A stretch of 64,000 nt of DNA from Octopus sinensis. Lineage: Eukaryota. A program made the translations under genes and the position numbers. Position 1 is the first letter of the stretch; each line of letters begins with the position of its first letter. This document shows, piece by piece, positions 1 to 13,465 of this stretch. The stretch spans positions 10,788,001 to 10,852,000 of the forward strand of contig NC_043016.1 in the NCBI RefSeq assembly GCF_006345805.1, read 5' to 3'. The notes beneath the pieces were generated by a model that saw nothing but the letters and a program-made list of their open reading frames with translations, had not been told where the DNA came from and did no database searches.

Positions 1-65
1 CTTTCTTATCTTTATAGATGTTGATTCCAAAAACTGGTTCATTTGTTGAGTCTGCTTTGGCTAAT

Positions 66-102
<37 letters not shown>

Positions 103-428
103 AAGCATTCCCCACATTCAGAAATCTCTCACAGTGACATTTCCATGTATATATGTATGTATGTATGTATCATCGGAAAGAAGAAGCACACTTTAAGATG
201 TAGAGCAGTATATATTAAAAATAGGGAAGGTCGGTTTATGGAATTATCTTTGGTTTCCAATCCATAAAGGGTCCATGACAGATCATAGGCTTACAAAGTT
301 TTGGGATCTGATGATACGCTCTAAAGGTAAACCCTTTATGGACAAGAAACCTAAGGTAATCCCATAAATCGGTCTTCCCATTTATATATATAGAAATACA
401 CACACACACACACACATATATATATATG

Positions 429-459
<31 letters not shown>

Positions 460-562
460 GTATATATATATGTGTTGTGTTCTTGAGCAAGGCACTTTAC
501 CCTTTATATATATGTATACCCTTTATATATATGTATATATATATATATATACAAAAAATAGT

Positions 563-812
563 AGTTGACTGGCTTCTGTGCCGGTGGCACGTAAAAAGCA
601 CCAACCGATCGTGGCCGCTGCCAGCCTCCCCTGGCACGTAAAAAGCACCCACTACACTCACGGAGTGGTTGGCGTTAGGAAGGGCATCCAGCTGTAGAAA
701 CACTGCCAGATCAGACTGGAGCCAGGTGCAGCCTCCTGGCTTCCCAGACCCCGGTCAAACCGTCCAACCCATGCTAGCACAGAAAACGGATGTTAAACGA
801 TGATGATGATGA
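563..812 (+). mobile_element. RTE-tail-derived short element (very abundant family)
   Basis: GGCGTTAGGAAGGGCATCCAGCTGTAGAAAC...GTTAAACGATGATGATG. Further copies at ~6170-6530, 12607-12900, 33185-33550, 34420-34600, 39757-40010, 46157-46346, 46936-47040, 47830-48078, 48566-48848, 50986-51280, 55190-55400 and 55920-56250. Confidence 0.85.
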
Positions 813-888
813 TATATATATATAATAAAGTCCTAAAAACTGTTTAGTGTAAAAAACTATGAAGAAAGAGAAATTAAGATGAAAGGAA

Positions 889-1120
889 TTAATTTACTCT
901 GGACTTCAAAGATTTCAGGTCATAAGAAGGGGGAAAACAATGAGATGGAAGAGAGTTGAAAAGTCTGGCAGTTTGAGGGGAAAAAAAGCTAAGACTGTAG
1001 AAAGACTTTCTTATTCTTGGAAGCAGAACAGAATTTGGATGAGAATGCTGTATCAGGTGAGTTGGCACAGAGTGATCTGGAGGGTTTTGAGAAGACTGCA
1101 TGAAGCTTATGAGGTGTAAT
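889..1120 (-). mobile_element. LINE (Jockey/CR1/I group) RT C-terminal fragment
   Basis: SFFSPQTARLFNSLPSHCFPPSYDLKSLKSRVN*, a typical LINE ORF2 ending. Confidence 0.7.
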
Positions 1121-1537
1121 AGATTGAGACATGTCCATTGCTGCTGCTGTCTCTTATCTGCAAAGTTCATATTCTTCCTAATGTCTTTTTGCATGTATGT
1201 AGGAGTTGAGGGGCTGCAGAAAGTGGGGATGGGGTAGGACAGTCAATCAAAAAAATATTTGTGGACATTTATGCGGGTCATTCGAACACAAGACAGCTAA
1301 AAAACAACCACGTGGATTCTGTTGAGACTAGTAAGAAACAATTATGAACTTTTTTATTACACTCAACTTGAAATTTACAGCTATTATACCTTCATCACTT
1401 CATACTATTTTTTCCTGGGTCTACCTCTTCCACACCTTCCTTCCACTGGTAGAGATTGGTACTTCTTCACTCAGCTGTCCACATCCATATGCATCACATA
1501 ACCATATATATATCAAAGACAGGTGTAGGAACAATAA

Positions 1538-1952
1538 GGCAGTGAGCTGGCAGAAACATTAGCACGCCGGGCGAAATGCTTAGTCGTATTTCGTCTGCCT
1601 CTACATTCTGAGTTCAAATTCCGCCGAGGTCGACTTTGCCTTTCATCCTTTCGGGGTCGATTAAATAAGCACCAGTTATGCACTGGGGTCGATATAATCA
1701 ACTTAATCCGTTTGTCTGTCCTTGTTTGTCCCCTCTGTGTTTAGCCCCTTGTGGGTAGTAAAGAAATAGGTATTTCGTCTGTCTTTACATTCTGAGTTCA
1801 AATTTCACCGATGTCGACTTTGCCTTTCATCCATTCGGGGTCGATTAAATAAGTACCAGTTACGCACTGGGGTCGATGTAATCGACTTAATCCGTTTGTC
1901 TGTCCTTGTTTGTCCCCCTCTGTGTTTAGCCCCTTGTGGGTAGTAAAGAAAT
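1538..1952 (+). mobile_element. tRNA-derived SINE family A with a duplicated body
   Basis: Head GGCAGTGAGCTGGCAGAAAC..GAGTTCAAATTCC (A/B boxes), core GCCTTTCATCCTTTCGGGGTCGA; TSD aggtgtaggaacaa at 1521 and 1953. Other copies at 2425-2655, 5186-5417, 11642-11858, 41775-42005(-), 42600-42808(-) and 63450-63617. Confidence 0.88.
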
Positions 1953-3173
1953 AGGTGTAGGAACAACAAGCAAGTGTATTAGTTTAATGCTCGGGAAGAA
2001 TGGTAAAGTCTTTTACATTTCAAGCCTGCACTCTTCGACAGAAAGGATTAATAGGGGAAAAAATGGAGAGAGAATGGAAAAAAAACAGAGAGAAAAAAAA
2101 TTATTTTGTTGAGATTTATGGTCCAACATGATGAAATAGCCAGAAGAAAAAAGGCTGAATGAAAGGGAGATAATGACAGTGACCCGGTCGAATGAATTTG
2201 TTCTTGCACACATGTGTGCATATGAGAAGGGTGTATGTATGAATGAGGGTGAGGGTGTGAGTATGTATGTGTGGGTGAGCTGAAAAATATGTGGACTTGT
2301 GTGTGTATGTGCGTAAGTGACCCAGTGCATACATTACGTGGAGTGATATGCATTACATGTACTGGTATGTATGTGTGTATGCATATGGATGTGTGTAAAT
2401 ATATGTGTGCAAACGCATATATTAAGGCGGCGAGCTGGCAGGAACGTTAGCGCACCGGGCGAAATGCTTAGTGGTATTTCGTCTGCTGTTACGTTCTGAG
2501 TTCAAATTCTGCTGAGGACGACTTTGCCTTTCTTCCTTTCGGGGGTCGATAAATTAAGTACCAGTTACGCACTGGGGTCGATATAATCGACTTACTCCGT
2601 TTGTCTGTCCTTGTCTGTCCCCTCTGTGTTTAGCCCCTTCTGGGTAGCAAAGAAATATATATGTGTGCAAACGCATTGCCATGGGTGTGTGTGTGTATGC
2701 GTACAAATAACATAGTGTATGTGCTATGCGTTTTGTGTATTTGTGTGCACATGTATGGATGTGTGTATATGCATGAGCATACATATGACATGTGTATATG
2801 TGTGAGGTTAACATGTGTGTGTGTGTGGGCATGTGTAAAAGCTTGAGTTCAGCAGTTGATAAGTGCTTGTTCAGGTGGTGTGAGCACATGTGTATGTGTG
2901 TGTGAATGTAACCATATAGTGCACATGTGTACGGTGTATGTGGGCAAAAGTTATCTGTGTCTATGCATGTTGCATGTGTTTATAATCTAAGCAATCACCA
3001 CAGTAACTCTTCTTAGAAGGGGATGGCAGCGTAAAGGCTACACCTTCGAATCACGCAAAGAATGCTTGGTTATATTTCTGCTAATTTTTATAGAAGCACT
3101 CTACAAATCCAAGGCATGTGTACCAAATACATATGTTATAATATTCACACATTAAATAAGATGATTTGTAAAT

Positions 3174-3294
3174 CAAATTAAAATGCCTGATGAAATGAAC
3201 TGGCTCTAAATTTATTATATACCATTGCATAACTTTTGATTATAATATAAAATGAATGCTGTCGTTCATTGAAACATACATAATATAAATTTGA
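3174..3294 (+). ncRNA. Decayed hammerhead motif (probable Penelope 3' end)
   Basis: CTGATGA(3187-3193)-aatgaac...gttcatt-GAAAC(3271)-atac-ata, consistent with CpG-decayed GAAACGTACGTA. Confidence 0.5.
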
Positions 3295-3319
3295 CTTTTC
3301 TATTACTTAATTAAAATTG

Positions 3320-3352
<33 letters not shown>

Positions 3353-5414
3353 GTGTACATGCAAGCATACATGCCTACATGCATGCGGCTATGGGTGTAA
3401 ATGAATGCGTCTAAATTAAGTTTATTGGATCTTACTTTCACTTACAATAATTCATATTTCTATTAGAATTCTTAAGTGACAAGTCTAACGATAATTGATA
3501 AATGAATATTAAGTTAACAAAATTCTTAAATTTTTACAAATATTTCTAAATTTATATGAACATATATAGAACTAACTTTCCTTACAAACACATATGCATG
3601 CTTTCATATATATATATATATATATATATATGTAAAAATATATATATATGTGTGTGTGTGTGTGTAAATATATATATATATATATACATACATACACACG
3701 CACCCATATACACAGGTGCATATACAAATATATATACACATATACATATACAAACATGTATATATATACATATGTGCACATATGCATACAAACATACATG
3801 TACACATTCATCCATCCACCCATCCATGCATGCATGCAGCCATGCCTACACACCTATGTACACATGTACATACATACCAACTCACCTACCTACCTACATA
3901 CATGTATACACACATATGTAGACACACACACACGTGCATATATACATGCTTGCATGCATATGCATGCACACATACATGCACATGTGTGTGTATGAGAGAG
4001 AGAGAGCATGTGGGTTTGCAATTGTGCGCCGCATGCATGTTTGAGTGCATATCAAAACCAATCTCAGCATTTACAACATATCATCACATGAGGTACGTCT
4101 ATCAGATTATTGGATTTTTAAATATCCGCTCTTTAAATTTCATAACTATGTAATTTGAAATTTCTTAATTGTAAACATTACTGGATAATGTTTATTATAT
4201 TTTACGTTTAATTATATTATGTACCTTTTTTTTTTTTCCGTTTCATTAAATTCAGTTTCATTGTAATATGATTAATAATATCTTAATTACTCGCATGTTA
4301 TAATTATTGGCTTAGAAAATGTGAGGAAAATTTCTTTGCAACAATAGATTAAAGATAAATACTTTCACTGCAATAATTTACATGCAGTCCTTTCAGATTT
4401 TGATTTCAATTCCTGCCAGGGTGAAAATTTATGTCCATAAATTTTCCGCAGTGCTTAATGAATCATGTAGCAAAATAGAATTGGAGCCACAAGAAAAAAA
4501 ATGGTTGTCATTAGAAAGGTCATCCAGTTATAGAAACCATGCCAAGGTAGATGTGGAGGCATATGGCCTAGTGGTTAGAGCAGCAGACTCGCGGTCAAAG
4601 GATCGCAGGTTCGAATCTTAGACTGGGTGATGTGTGTGTTTATGAGTAAAACACCTAAGCTCCATGCGGCTCCGACAGAAGGTAATGACGAACTTCTGCT
4701 GACTCTTTCGCCACAACTTTCTCTCACTCTTTCCTCCTGCATCTTGCAGCTCACCTGCGATGGACCGGCGTCCCATCCAGGTGGGGAACCTATACGCCAA
4801 GAAAACCGGGAAACTGGCCCTTATGAACCAGGCATGGCTCAAGAAGGAAGAAGGAATGTCGAGGTAGATGATAGAGTTTGGTGCAATTCTCTGGCCTGTT
4901 GGTTCCTATCAAACTGTCTAACCCATGCCACCATGGCAAAACGGATGTTAAACAATGATAATACTAATGTTGATAATGATGACGATGTACCAGTGATATA
5001 CTGAGCACAGTGCATAGATTTATTCCACTCATTCTTTTAGCAAGTACATGCATAAGAATCGAACCACTAATCCAGAAATGTGGATACCATGCAAGAATTC
5101 AATAAAAATGTTAAAACTGAATTTTAGCATAACTTATACAAACTGCCATCAGTTCTATTATCCATCTTTGCATATATATATATATAGGCGGCGAGCTGGC
5201 AGAAACGTTAGCACGCTGGGTGAAATGCGTAGCCGTATTTCATCTGGTGTTGCATTCTGGGTTCAAATTCTGCCGAGGTCGACTTAGCCTTTCATCCTTT
5301 CGGGGTCGATAAATTAAGTACCAGTTACGCATTGGGGTCGCTGTAATCGACTTAATCCATTTGTCTGTCCTCGTTTGTCCCCTCTGTGTTTAGCCCCTTG
5401 TGGGTAGTAAAGAA

Positions 5415-5454
<40 letters not shown>

Positions 5455-6539
5455 ACATTAGCACTGAGTGCAGTAGTGGTGGCATTGTCATGATCACCAT
5501 CAATTTACATGGGGTAGCATAGGGTTTTCTCTCCAGCATTATCTCTGACCATTTGGGTCAGTCCTTTTGCCATCTTCTTTGTGAGGTCCATTCATTGTCC
5601 TAAGATTGGTTGTCACCACTTTTTCTCCTGTCCGTCTTGGTTGTCTGCTTCTGTCACTTCCTTCTATTCAGGGCATTTGATCCTTTTTTTCTCTTCCATT
5701 TATTTTTTTTAATTAACAGTCGCAGGAGTGGTTGTGTGGTAAGTAGCTTGCTTACCAGCCACATGGTTCCGGGTTCAGTCCCACTGCATGGCACCTTGGG
5801 CAAGTGTCTTCTACTATAGCCTCGGGCCAATCAAAGCCTTGTGAGTGGATTTGGTAGACGGAAACTGAAAGAAGCCCGTTGTATATACATATATATGTAT
5901 ATGTATTATGTGTGTGTATATGTTTGTGTGTCTGTGTTTGTCCCCCCAACATCGCTTGACAACTGATGCTGGTGTGTTTACGTCCCCGTAACTTAGCGGT
6001 TTGGCAAAAAGAGACCGATGTAATAAGTACTAGGCTTACAAAGGCGGTGCTCCAGCATGGCCAAAGTCAAATGACTGAAAGAAAAAGAAAGAGTCAACTG
6101 TCATCATAGGAATTCTACAAGAATTTGAAATTTATTTCGAAGACCCTCTCACTGTTGATTAATTGCTACACACAAGCACCCATGCAGCATCAGGTAAAAG
6201 TGTCTCTGTGTGGTGCCATGTAAAAGCACCTGTAAGATGCCATGTAAAAGCACCGATATGCATCACGTAAAAGCACTCATGGCAGTGCCACATAAAAGTA
6301 CCCGTGCAGTGCCACATAAAAGTGTCTGTGCAGTGCCATATAAAAGTGTCTGTGCAGTGCCACGTAAAAAGCACCCAGTACACTCTGTAAATTGGTTGGC
6401 ATTAGGAAGAGCATCCAGCTATAGAAACCATGCCACAGCAGACTGGAGTCTGGTGCAGCTCCTCTGATTGCCAGCCCTGGTCAAACCATCCAAACCCATA
6501 CTAGTATGGACAACAGACGACGACGACGATGATATGTCT

Positions 6540-8180
6540 TCTCACTTAAATCGCCTACAATTTCACTGAAGGCATCAAATGGAATTCCTTTTCAGCACAT
6601 TGAGAATGTTCATTTTTTAAAATTTTTATCCCTGTTGGCAATAGAATTCCTCCCACCTTCTTTCTTTCAAACCAAAACACTTGTCTTTGTTAGGTTTGCC
6701 AAGATCTCTCAATTCTAAGTTTTACATCCACACTTGACATTTCTTGTCAAGTTTTATGACAGATTCAGCTGTGGAAAATCACAGATCCTACACTAGAGAA
6801 CTATAACCAACATAAGGACTGAGAATTGAACCGTGAGGAACACCTACATGCATGCCAAATGTTTTACTGAGCTCATTGCTAACTTGCACTATCCTGGCAA
6901 AATCCCAATATATGAGTTGCCATTCATCCATACCCAGTTTACATTTTTTCAACAACAACAACCAGACTACAGGGAATATAAATTTCAAATTTTAGCACAA
7001 GGCCAGCAATTTTGGGGGGGAAGGGAGAGTCAATTACATCGAACCCAATGTTCTGGTACTTACTCTTTTACTTGTTTCAGTCATTTGACTGCGGCCATGC
7101 TGGAGCACTGCCTTAAATCGAGCAACTCAACCCCGGGACTTATTCTTTGTAAGCCCAGTACTTATTCTATCGGTGTCTTTTGCCGAACCGCTAAGTGACG
7201 GGAACATAAACACACCAGCATCGGTTGTCAAGCAATGTTGGGGGGACAAACACAGACACACAAACATACACACACACACACATATATATATACATATATA
7301 CGACGGGCTTCTTTCAGTTTCCGTCTACCAAGTCCACTCACAAGGCTTTGGTCAGCCCGAGGCTATAGTAGAAGACACTTGCCCAAGGTGCCATGCAGTG
7401 GGACTGAACACAGAACCATGTGGTTCGTAAGCAAGCTACTTACCACACAGCCACTCCTGCACCTTATTTTATTTTCTCTGAAAGGATGGAAGGCAAAGTC
7501 AACCTTGGCAGAATTTGAAGTCAGAACATAAATACGGACGAAATGCCAATCAACATTTTGTCCAACATGCTAAAGATTCTGCCTGCTTACCACCTGGACC
7601 ATAGAGAATATTATTCTCTGTGGATGGCATTGTTTTATATCAATGCTAGCTAGAATGGTTTGCTCTTTGTTAAGAACTTCTGTAAATGTTTCATATGAAG
7701 AGGGCTTTAGTTAGATCTATCCAGGCAGAAACCCAAACAGCATTAGATCTAAGCTAATATTTTCTTTCCTAATCGATTGTACTATAAGTCTTTCTGTTAC
7801 TTTCTAAATTTGGTCCATCAGTTTGATTCCTCTGCAGTTGCTGCTTTCTAAAACATCTCCATTATTCTTGGAACGGTTGATAAAGAGACTGCTACGTAAG
7901 TTATCAGATATGAAGCCCCTAATTGCATTACCTAATTTACTATGCAAGTAACTACTGCATACCTTTACTTTGAGGGATATTTTCAGCATCTAATTTACAA
8001 TCCCAGGTGGTCTGACTTCTTTGCTGATCCTTCCAATCTTTAATCACCTGATCACACTTTTGACTGTACACCTGTCAGTTTCAGAATTGGTCATCTGTGG
8101 GTTCTACATAGGTTGGTTCAGCCTTCTTATTCAGCAACCTTTCATAAGAGCATTTCCATATCCCTTTCTTGTCAGCATCA
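6540..8180 (-). mobile_element. Degenerate RTE RT fragments interrupted by SINEs
   Basis: NCRGIKLMDQI (~7810-7840), VGVPHGSILSP (~6810-6850), SYERLLN (~8130-8150). Confidence 0.6.
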
Positions 8181-8228
8181 GTTATATATGTGTGTGTATG
8201 TATGTGTATATATATATACATATATATA

Positions 8229-8282
<54 letters not shown>

Positions 8283-8284
8283 AA

Positions 8285-8618
8285 AGACCCCCTTCGGTCA
8301 TGAATGACCATGGGATTGCACCTAGAAAGTTACCCTCCAAGACACAAGTCCGGGCAAGGTTTTTTATGGAAGACCAGCAGTCGCCCATGCATACCAGCCT
8401 CCCCTCTCCACGCCACCAGTGTTATCCAAGGGAAAGACAAAGGTCGATACAGCTTTGACCAGTGACGTCGCAACTCATTTCTACAGCTGAGTGAACTGGA
8501 GCAACGTGAAATAAAGTGCCTTGCTCAAGAACACAACACGCAGCCCGGTCCGGGATTCGAGCTCACAACCTCACGATCGTAAGCTCGACGCTCTAACCAC
8601 TGAGCCATGCACCTTCAC
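8285..8618 (-). mobile_element. tRNA-derived SINE family C
   Basis: Minus-strand head GGCTCAGTGGTTAGAGC..GAGCTCGAATCCC then TTGAGCAAGGCACTT. Second copy at 58975-59299; related heads at 33780-33940 and 57250-57550. Confidence 0.85.
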
Positions 8619-8640
8619 ATATATATATGTATATATATAT

Positions 8641-8691
<51 letters not shown>

Positions 8692-9009
8692 ATATGTATA
8701 TAATATATATATATATATATACTGCATTAAATGAAGTAACAGTGACAAATGAAAATTCTGTAAACGATAATAATAATTATAAGCTTAAAGCTCATAAATG
8801 TTCACCATGTATTGGCTAAAGAAAATAGTTTAATATTGGGGCCTTGACAGAAAAAAATGGGTATTAGTATTTATGGTTTGATTCCCATGCATACTAATAC
8901 CAACTCTTTTCCGTCGAGATCTTATATGCCCCAGTATTAGACTATTTTCTTTAGTCATTACATAGCAAATGCCTATAAGCTTTAGGTTTATAATAATTAT
9001 TATTATGTC

Positions 9010-9855
9010 ATCATCATCATTGTCGTCATCATCATTGTCATTTAACATCCGCTTTCCATGCTGGTATGGATTGAGTGGTTTGACAGAGGACTGGCGAGCC
9101 TGGAGGCTGCACCAGGCTCCAATATGTTCCGGCAAGGTTCCTACAGCTGAGTGCCCTTCCTAATGCCAACTACTCTAAGAGTGTACCGGCACTGGCACTG
9201 ACCATGTTTGAATGGTGCTTTTTACATGCCACTAGGATGGAAGCCAGTCAGGCAGCACTGGCAACGACTACACTTGAATGGTGCTTTTTATGTTGTTACC
9301 ACCATGAGACCAGTCAAGCGGCACTGGCTTCGACCATGCTCATATGGTGCTTTTTATGTGCCACTGGCACAGGAGTCAGCCCGGTGGCACTGGCATCAAT
9401 CATGATCGAATGGTGCTTTTCCCATGCCACAAGCATGGGTGCCAGTCAGGCGGTACTGGTATCGGCCACAACAATGATTTCACTTGCCTTAAGAAGTCTT
9501 CGCAAGCACAGTTTATTTATGGGCTTAAATGGGCTGCTTATGCAACACTGGCACAGGCCACAATTACAGTCTCACTTGGCTTGCCAGGTCTTCTCAAGCA
9601 CAGCATATCTCCAAAGGTCTCGGTCTCTAGTCATTGCCTCCATGTGGCCCAACATTTGAAGGTCATGCTTCACCACCTCATCCTAGGTCTTCCTGGGTCT
9701 ACCTCTTCCACAAGTTCCCTCCCCTTTTTCAGACAGCTGTACTCATTCATATGTAACACATGTCCATACCAGCACAATCGTCTCTTGTACACCACCTCTG
9801 ATGCTTCTTATGTCCAACTTTCCTCTTAGGAAACTTACATTCTGTCATGTCATAT
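9010..9855 (-). mobile_element. Old RTE LINE 3' fragment
   Basis: RT C-terminus (RRLCWYGHV..RGRPRK) followed by the RTE 3' UTR and a (GAT)n tail. Confidence 0.75.
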
Positions 9856-10393
9856 ATCAAGTGATATATATATGAAGAATTATTAATAAGGCATCTAAGC
9901 AAAATATTTTGACAACTCTCAGCTAATACAAATATGTCAATACACCAGGTTGACAAAAGTTTTCAGATTGGTAATCCTTAGGCAAAATCTGAAGTTGAAG
10001 TCCATCATCAGACAATTTTGCAAATCCAAGGCTGCATTACCCAATTATGGTATCTTTTTACAGAATGATATATAAGAAAATACATAAATAATGGGCTTTA
10101 CGCATTTATTTATCTATGCATCATGTTCCAGATGCATTTAGGTGTGTTCATACTTCAGTTGATTGAAAAAAGTGAATGAGCTTAGCAAATACTATCATCT
10201 TCAGAGTTTGTGCAATAACCACAACTGGGAATGTACCTAAAATTTATATCAGAAACAGCTGTAAGTCTATGATGCACACATAAATAAATGCGTGAAGACC
10301 ATTACTTATGCCTTTTCTTGTAACACACACACAGAGACACACACAAATACACACACACACAGACACAGACACACACACACACACACACACACA

Positions 10394-11624
10394 CAGGATC
10401 TTGCAGATAAATTGAGACCAATTTTAAGCAGTTGACTTCCTGAGTTTAACATTCCATTTTGTAACAAAACCTTGCTTGCTTGAAAATCTAATCCTCCTCT
10501 TTATTCTTCAGCTAAATAGTGAACTGATTCAACAACAGAATCATTCTGCCATTGTTGTTTTGGCCCACGCTGAGCACACTGCCAATAGAATTAGGTTGAT
10601 GCAACTTCCTAAAGCAACAGTTTATTGTGTGTATAAACAATTTAAAGAAGTGAGAAAGATTGATAGAAAAGAACACAAGACTCAAAGAGATTCCAAATGC
10701 AATCCAAAGTTTCTCACTGGCTTCAAACACTTGATTGAAGCCAATCTATCCACATCCATGACCACTATTGCAAAGAAATGTTATGTGTCCCTTTCCATGG
10801 TGTCCAGAGCTGTGAACAGAAACCTTATTGTGACTAGCTATGTTCGATGATGCTTGCACCTCCTAACAGCCAAGGCCAAAGCAATCAGAGCCGAGAAATG
10901 CCCAAATCTTCTGTCATCATCAAGCACCAAGGTGCAGGAAAAACTTGAGAAGTTCACTGTGGACACTGAGGTGACTCACAGAAATTCTTGAATGATTGCA
11001 TACAACCCTTCTGATACCCCGCTGTGTTTGAGACTAAGAATCCTGCCTCTGTCGTGGTATTTGGAGCTGTGGTGAGTGATGGAAGTGTCATGGATTCACA
11101 CTTCATTGAGTCTGGTTTCAAGATCAGCACAAGGGAGTATCTGGACATCATGAAGAACTCTCTGTTACTTTGGATTGAGCAGAAGTTTGGGCTTTTACAA
11201 TGTGGTACTTATCCAGGATTCTGCACCATGCCAGGTCTTCCTGAGTGAGAAGGCGTCATTTTTTCGCGAGGGCCAACATCTGACCCAGTAATAGCCCAGA
11301 TTTAAACCTTCTTGATAAATTTTTAGAGGACATACTTCAAGCAAGGACCAATGCTTTGCCTCATTTGAGTGTCAACAGTTTGAAGACCTGCATCATGCAT
11401 GCAACATGCAAAATCAAAAAGACAGCGGTTGCAACAGCTGCAAAATAATTTCATTCTCGAGTGGAGGCAGTAATTGCCCAAAAGAGTGGGTGTATAGTGT
11501 GATAAATGTTTTTGTTGTAACAAATGTTACATTAAATTTATATTCTGTTTACTACCATTATTTTAATATTTATAACCAGTTTTAGGCATTGTAAAAATTG
11601 TCTCAATTTATCTGCAAGACCTTG
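10394..11624 (+). mobile_element. Tc1/mariner-superfamily transposon (DD37D/maT-like), full length, decayed
   Basis: 25-bp TIRs caggatcttgcagataaattgagac / gtctcaatttatctgcaagaccttg (23/25 match), TA on the right; transposase pieces TKNPASVVVFGAVVSDG, QDSAP, SPDLNLLD. Confidence 0.88.
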
Positions 11625-12307
11625 TATATATAAACTACAATGGGCGGCGAACTGGCAGAAACGTTAGCACGCCGGGCGAAATGTGCAGCCGTATTTCGTC
11701 TGCCGTTACGTTCTGGGTTCAAATTCCGCCGATGTCGACTTTGCCTTTCATCCTTTCGGGGTCGATAAATTAAGTACCAGTTACACACTGGGGTCGATAT
11801 AATCGACTTAATCTGTTTGTCCCCTCTGTGTTTAGCCCCTTGTGGGCAGTAAAGAAATATATATATAAACTACAATACTTATGTGAAAATTACTTGTTTT
11901 CGTACAGTATTTTAATTTCAAAAAGTAAAATAAATAATTAAATGTGGAGGTTGGACTTCTACATGCAGCTAAGTACTATTGTGCAAGAAATGAGATCTAA
12001 TTCATTACCAACTGATAATAATGACTGTCAATCCCATCAAGGGCATATTCGCAAACGAGCACAGCCATCTTGAATAAATTACTGAATTTTTCAATGCATT
12101 GGCTTAATGTGTATTAAGACATACATCATGTCATTGTTGTTTGACAGTATATGAGATGACCTGGTGTCAAGCAACCAGGAGGTCATCTCATACTGAGAAG
12201 TGTGATGAAAATCGTTCCAGCAATGTCCATTCTGTGTATCGCTGCCCCCACACCCCTTCAGATATTGTGTATCTAGAATAGATATTCTTTATATCTCCCG
12301 GGTGGGA

Positions 12308-12496
12308 GATGGGCTGAATCCTGGAAGTACTGCAATACCAGGCGAACCCGTGGCAAAGGCGGAGCAAGCCCCTAACACTTCGCCTCGTTCTAAAAATCAG
12401 TTTAATATCGATGGCCCCAAATAGGGACCGTATCAGATATTAAGCTGATAAGAACAGATACTACACTTTGATCTTAACCAAAAGGCCGAGAAGCGT
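12308..12496 (-). ncRNA. U2: U2 snRNA, full-length copy (variant or retropseudogene)
   Basis: Minus strand reads CGCTTCTCGGCCTTTTGGTTAAGATCAAAGTGTAGTATCTGTTCTTATCAGCTTAATATCTGATACG..., with branch-pairing GTAGTA, Sm-like GATTTTTAG and stem-loop IV CTGGTATTGCAGTACTTCCAG. Confidence 0.93.
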
Positions 12497-13145
12497 GTAC
12501 ATTTTCTTTTAATAAATGATAGGATATAGTTTGAGAGAGATTTGGTTGTTATTTCTAACAGGTAGATCTTTCATGTAGAGACTTTAACAGTCATTATGTT
12601 GTTCCCTCATCATCATCATAATTTAATGTCCATTTTCCATGCTGGCATGGGTTGGACAGTTTGACAAGAGCTGGCAAGCTACACCAGGTTCCAGTTACCT
12701 CTTTTGGCATGATTTCTATGGCTGGATGGCCTTCCTAAAGCCAACCATCTTACGGAGTGAATGGAGCACTTTTTATGTGGCACCAGCACCAGTGCTTTTT
12801 ATTTGGCATCAGCACAGGTACTTTCTACATGGCACCAGTACAGGTGCTTTTTACATGGCGCCATCATAGATGCTCTTTATGTAGTATCAGCACCAGTGGG
12901 GGTCACCAAGTAGCTTGCGAGAAAAAGGTTTCTCGGCTGAGAAGGGGAGTGGAACCAAAAGAAATGACTGCGTGCCAGGCAAGAGGTTTATACCAAAATC
13001 AATTTACTGTTGAGTGTTCGTGGATGCATCACTGTAAAATTCTTCACTTACCAATTATTAAACAAATAAATATTCAGTTATGCAAATACCATCTGACTAA
13101 CAAACAAATACAAATACAAATACAAAAATACATTTGTATCTAAAT

Positions 13146-13332
13146 CAAATGCCCTGCAACTTGTATGCAAGGGCACACTGGTGTGCCACAAGACGACGCT
13201 AGATGTGCTGTAGTGTAACCTGAATATAATTTTTTTCCCTATACTTTTAGTTATGTTTTTAGTTCAGATGTGTTACCAAATTTTGAACAGAATATAAGTG
13301 TACCACAAGTGAAAAAAGGTTGTGGATCACTG
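13146..13332. mobile_element. hAT-type MITE
   Basis: 8-bp TSD atctaaat at 13138 and 13333; CA...TG ends with degenerate TIRs. Confidence 0.65.
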
Positions 13333-13465
13333 ATCTAAATCAATAAAAATTGAAATGAAAAAAGAAACACCAAAAAATATCAACAGAGACAAAATAATAT
13401 TACAAAATGTAAAATTTTTTTTAAAAAATCAATAAATAGTTATATCTTTGAAGAATTAAACTCAC

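Noticed and set aside
4555-4630. tRNA-like sequences (also at 8545-8615 and 36070-36140)
   Set aside because: They are SINE heads with A/B boxes that continue into SINE bodies; no intact cloverleaf.
1-13465. Downstream CEP104 exons (coiled coil, zinc fingers)
   Set aside because: I found no convincing AG..GT-bounded segment with the expected CIFC/HYWK motifs; they probably lie beyond the window start.
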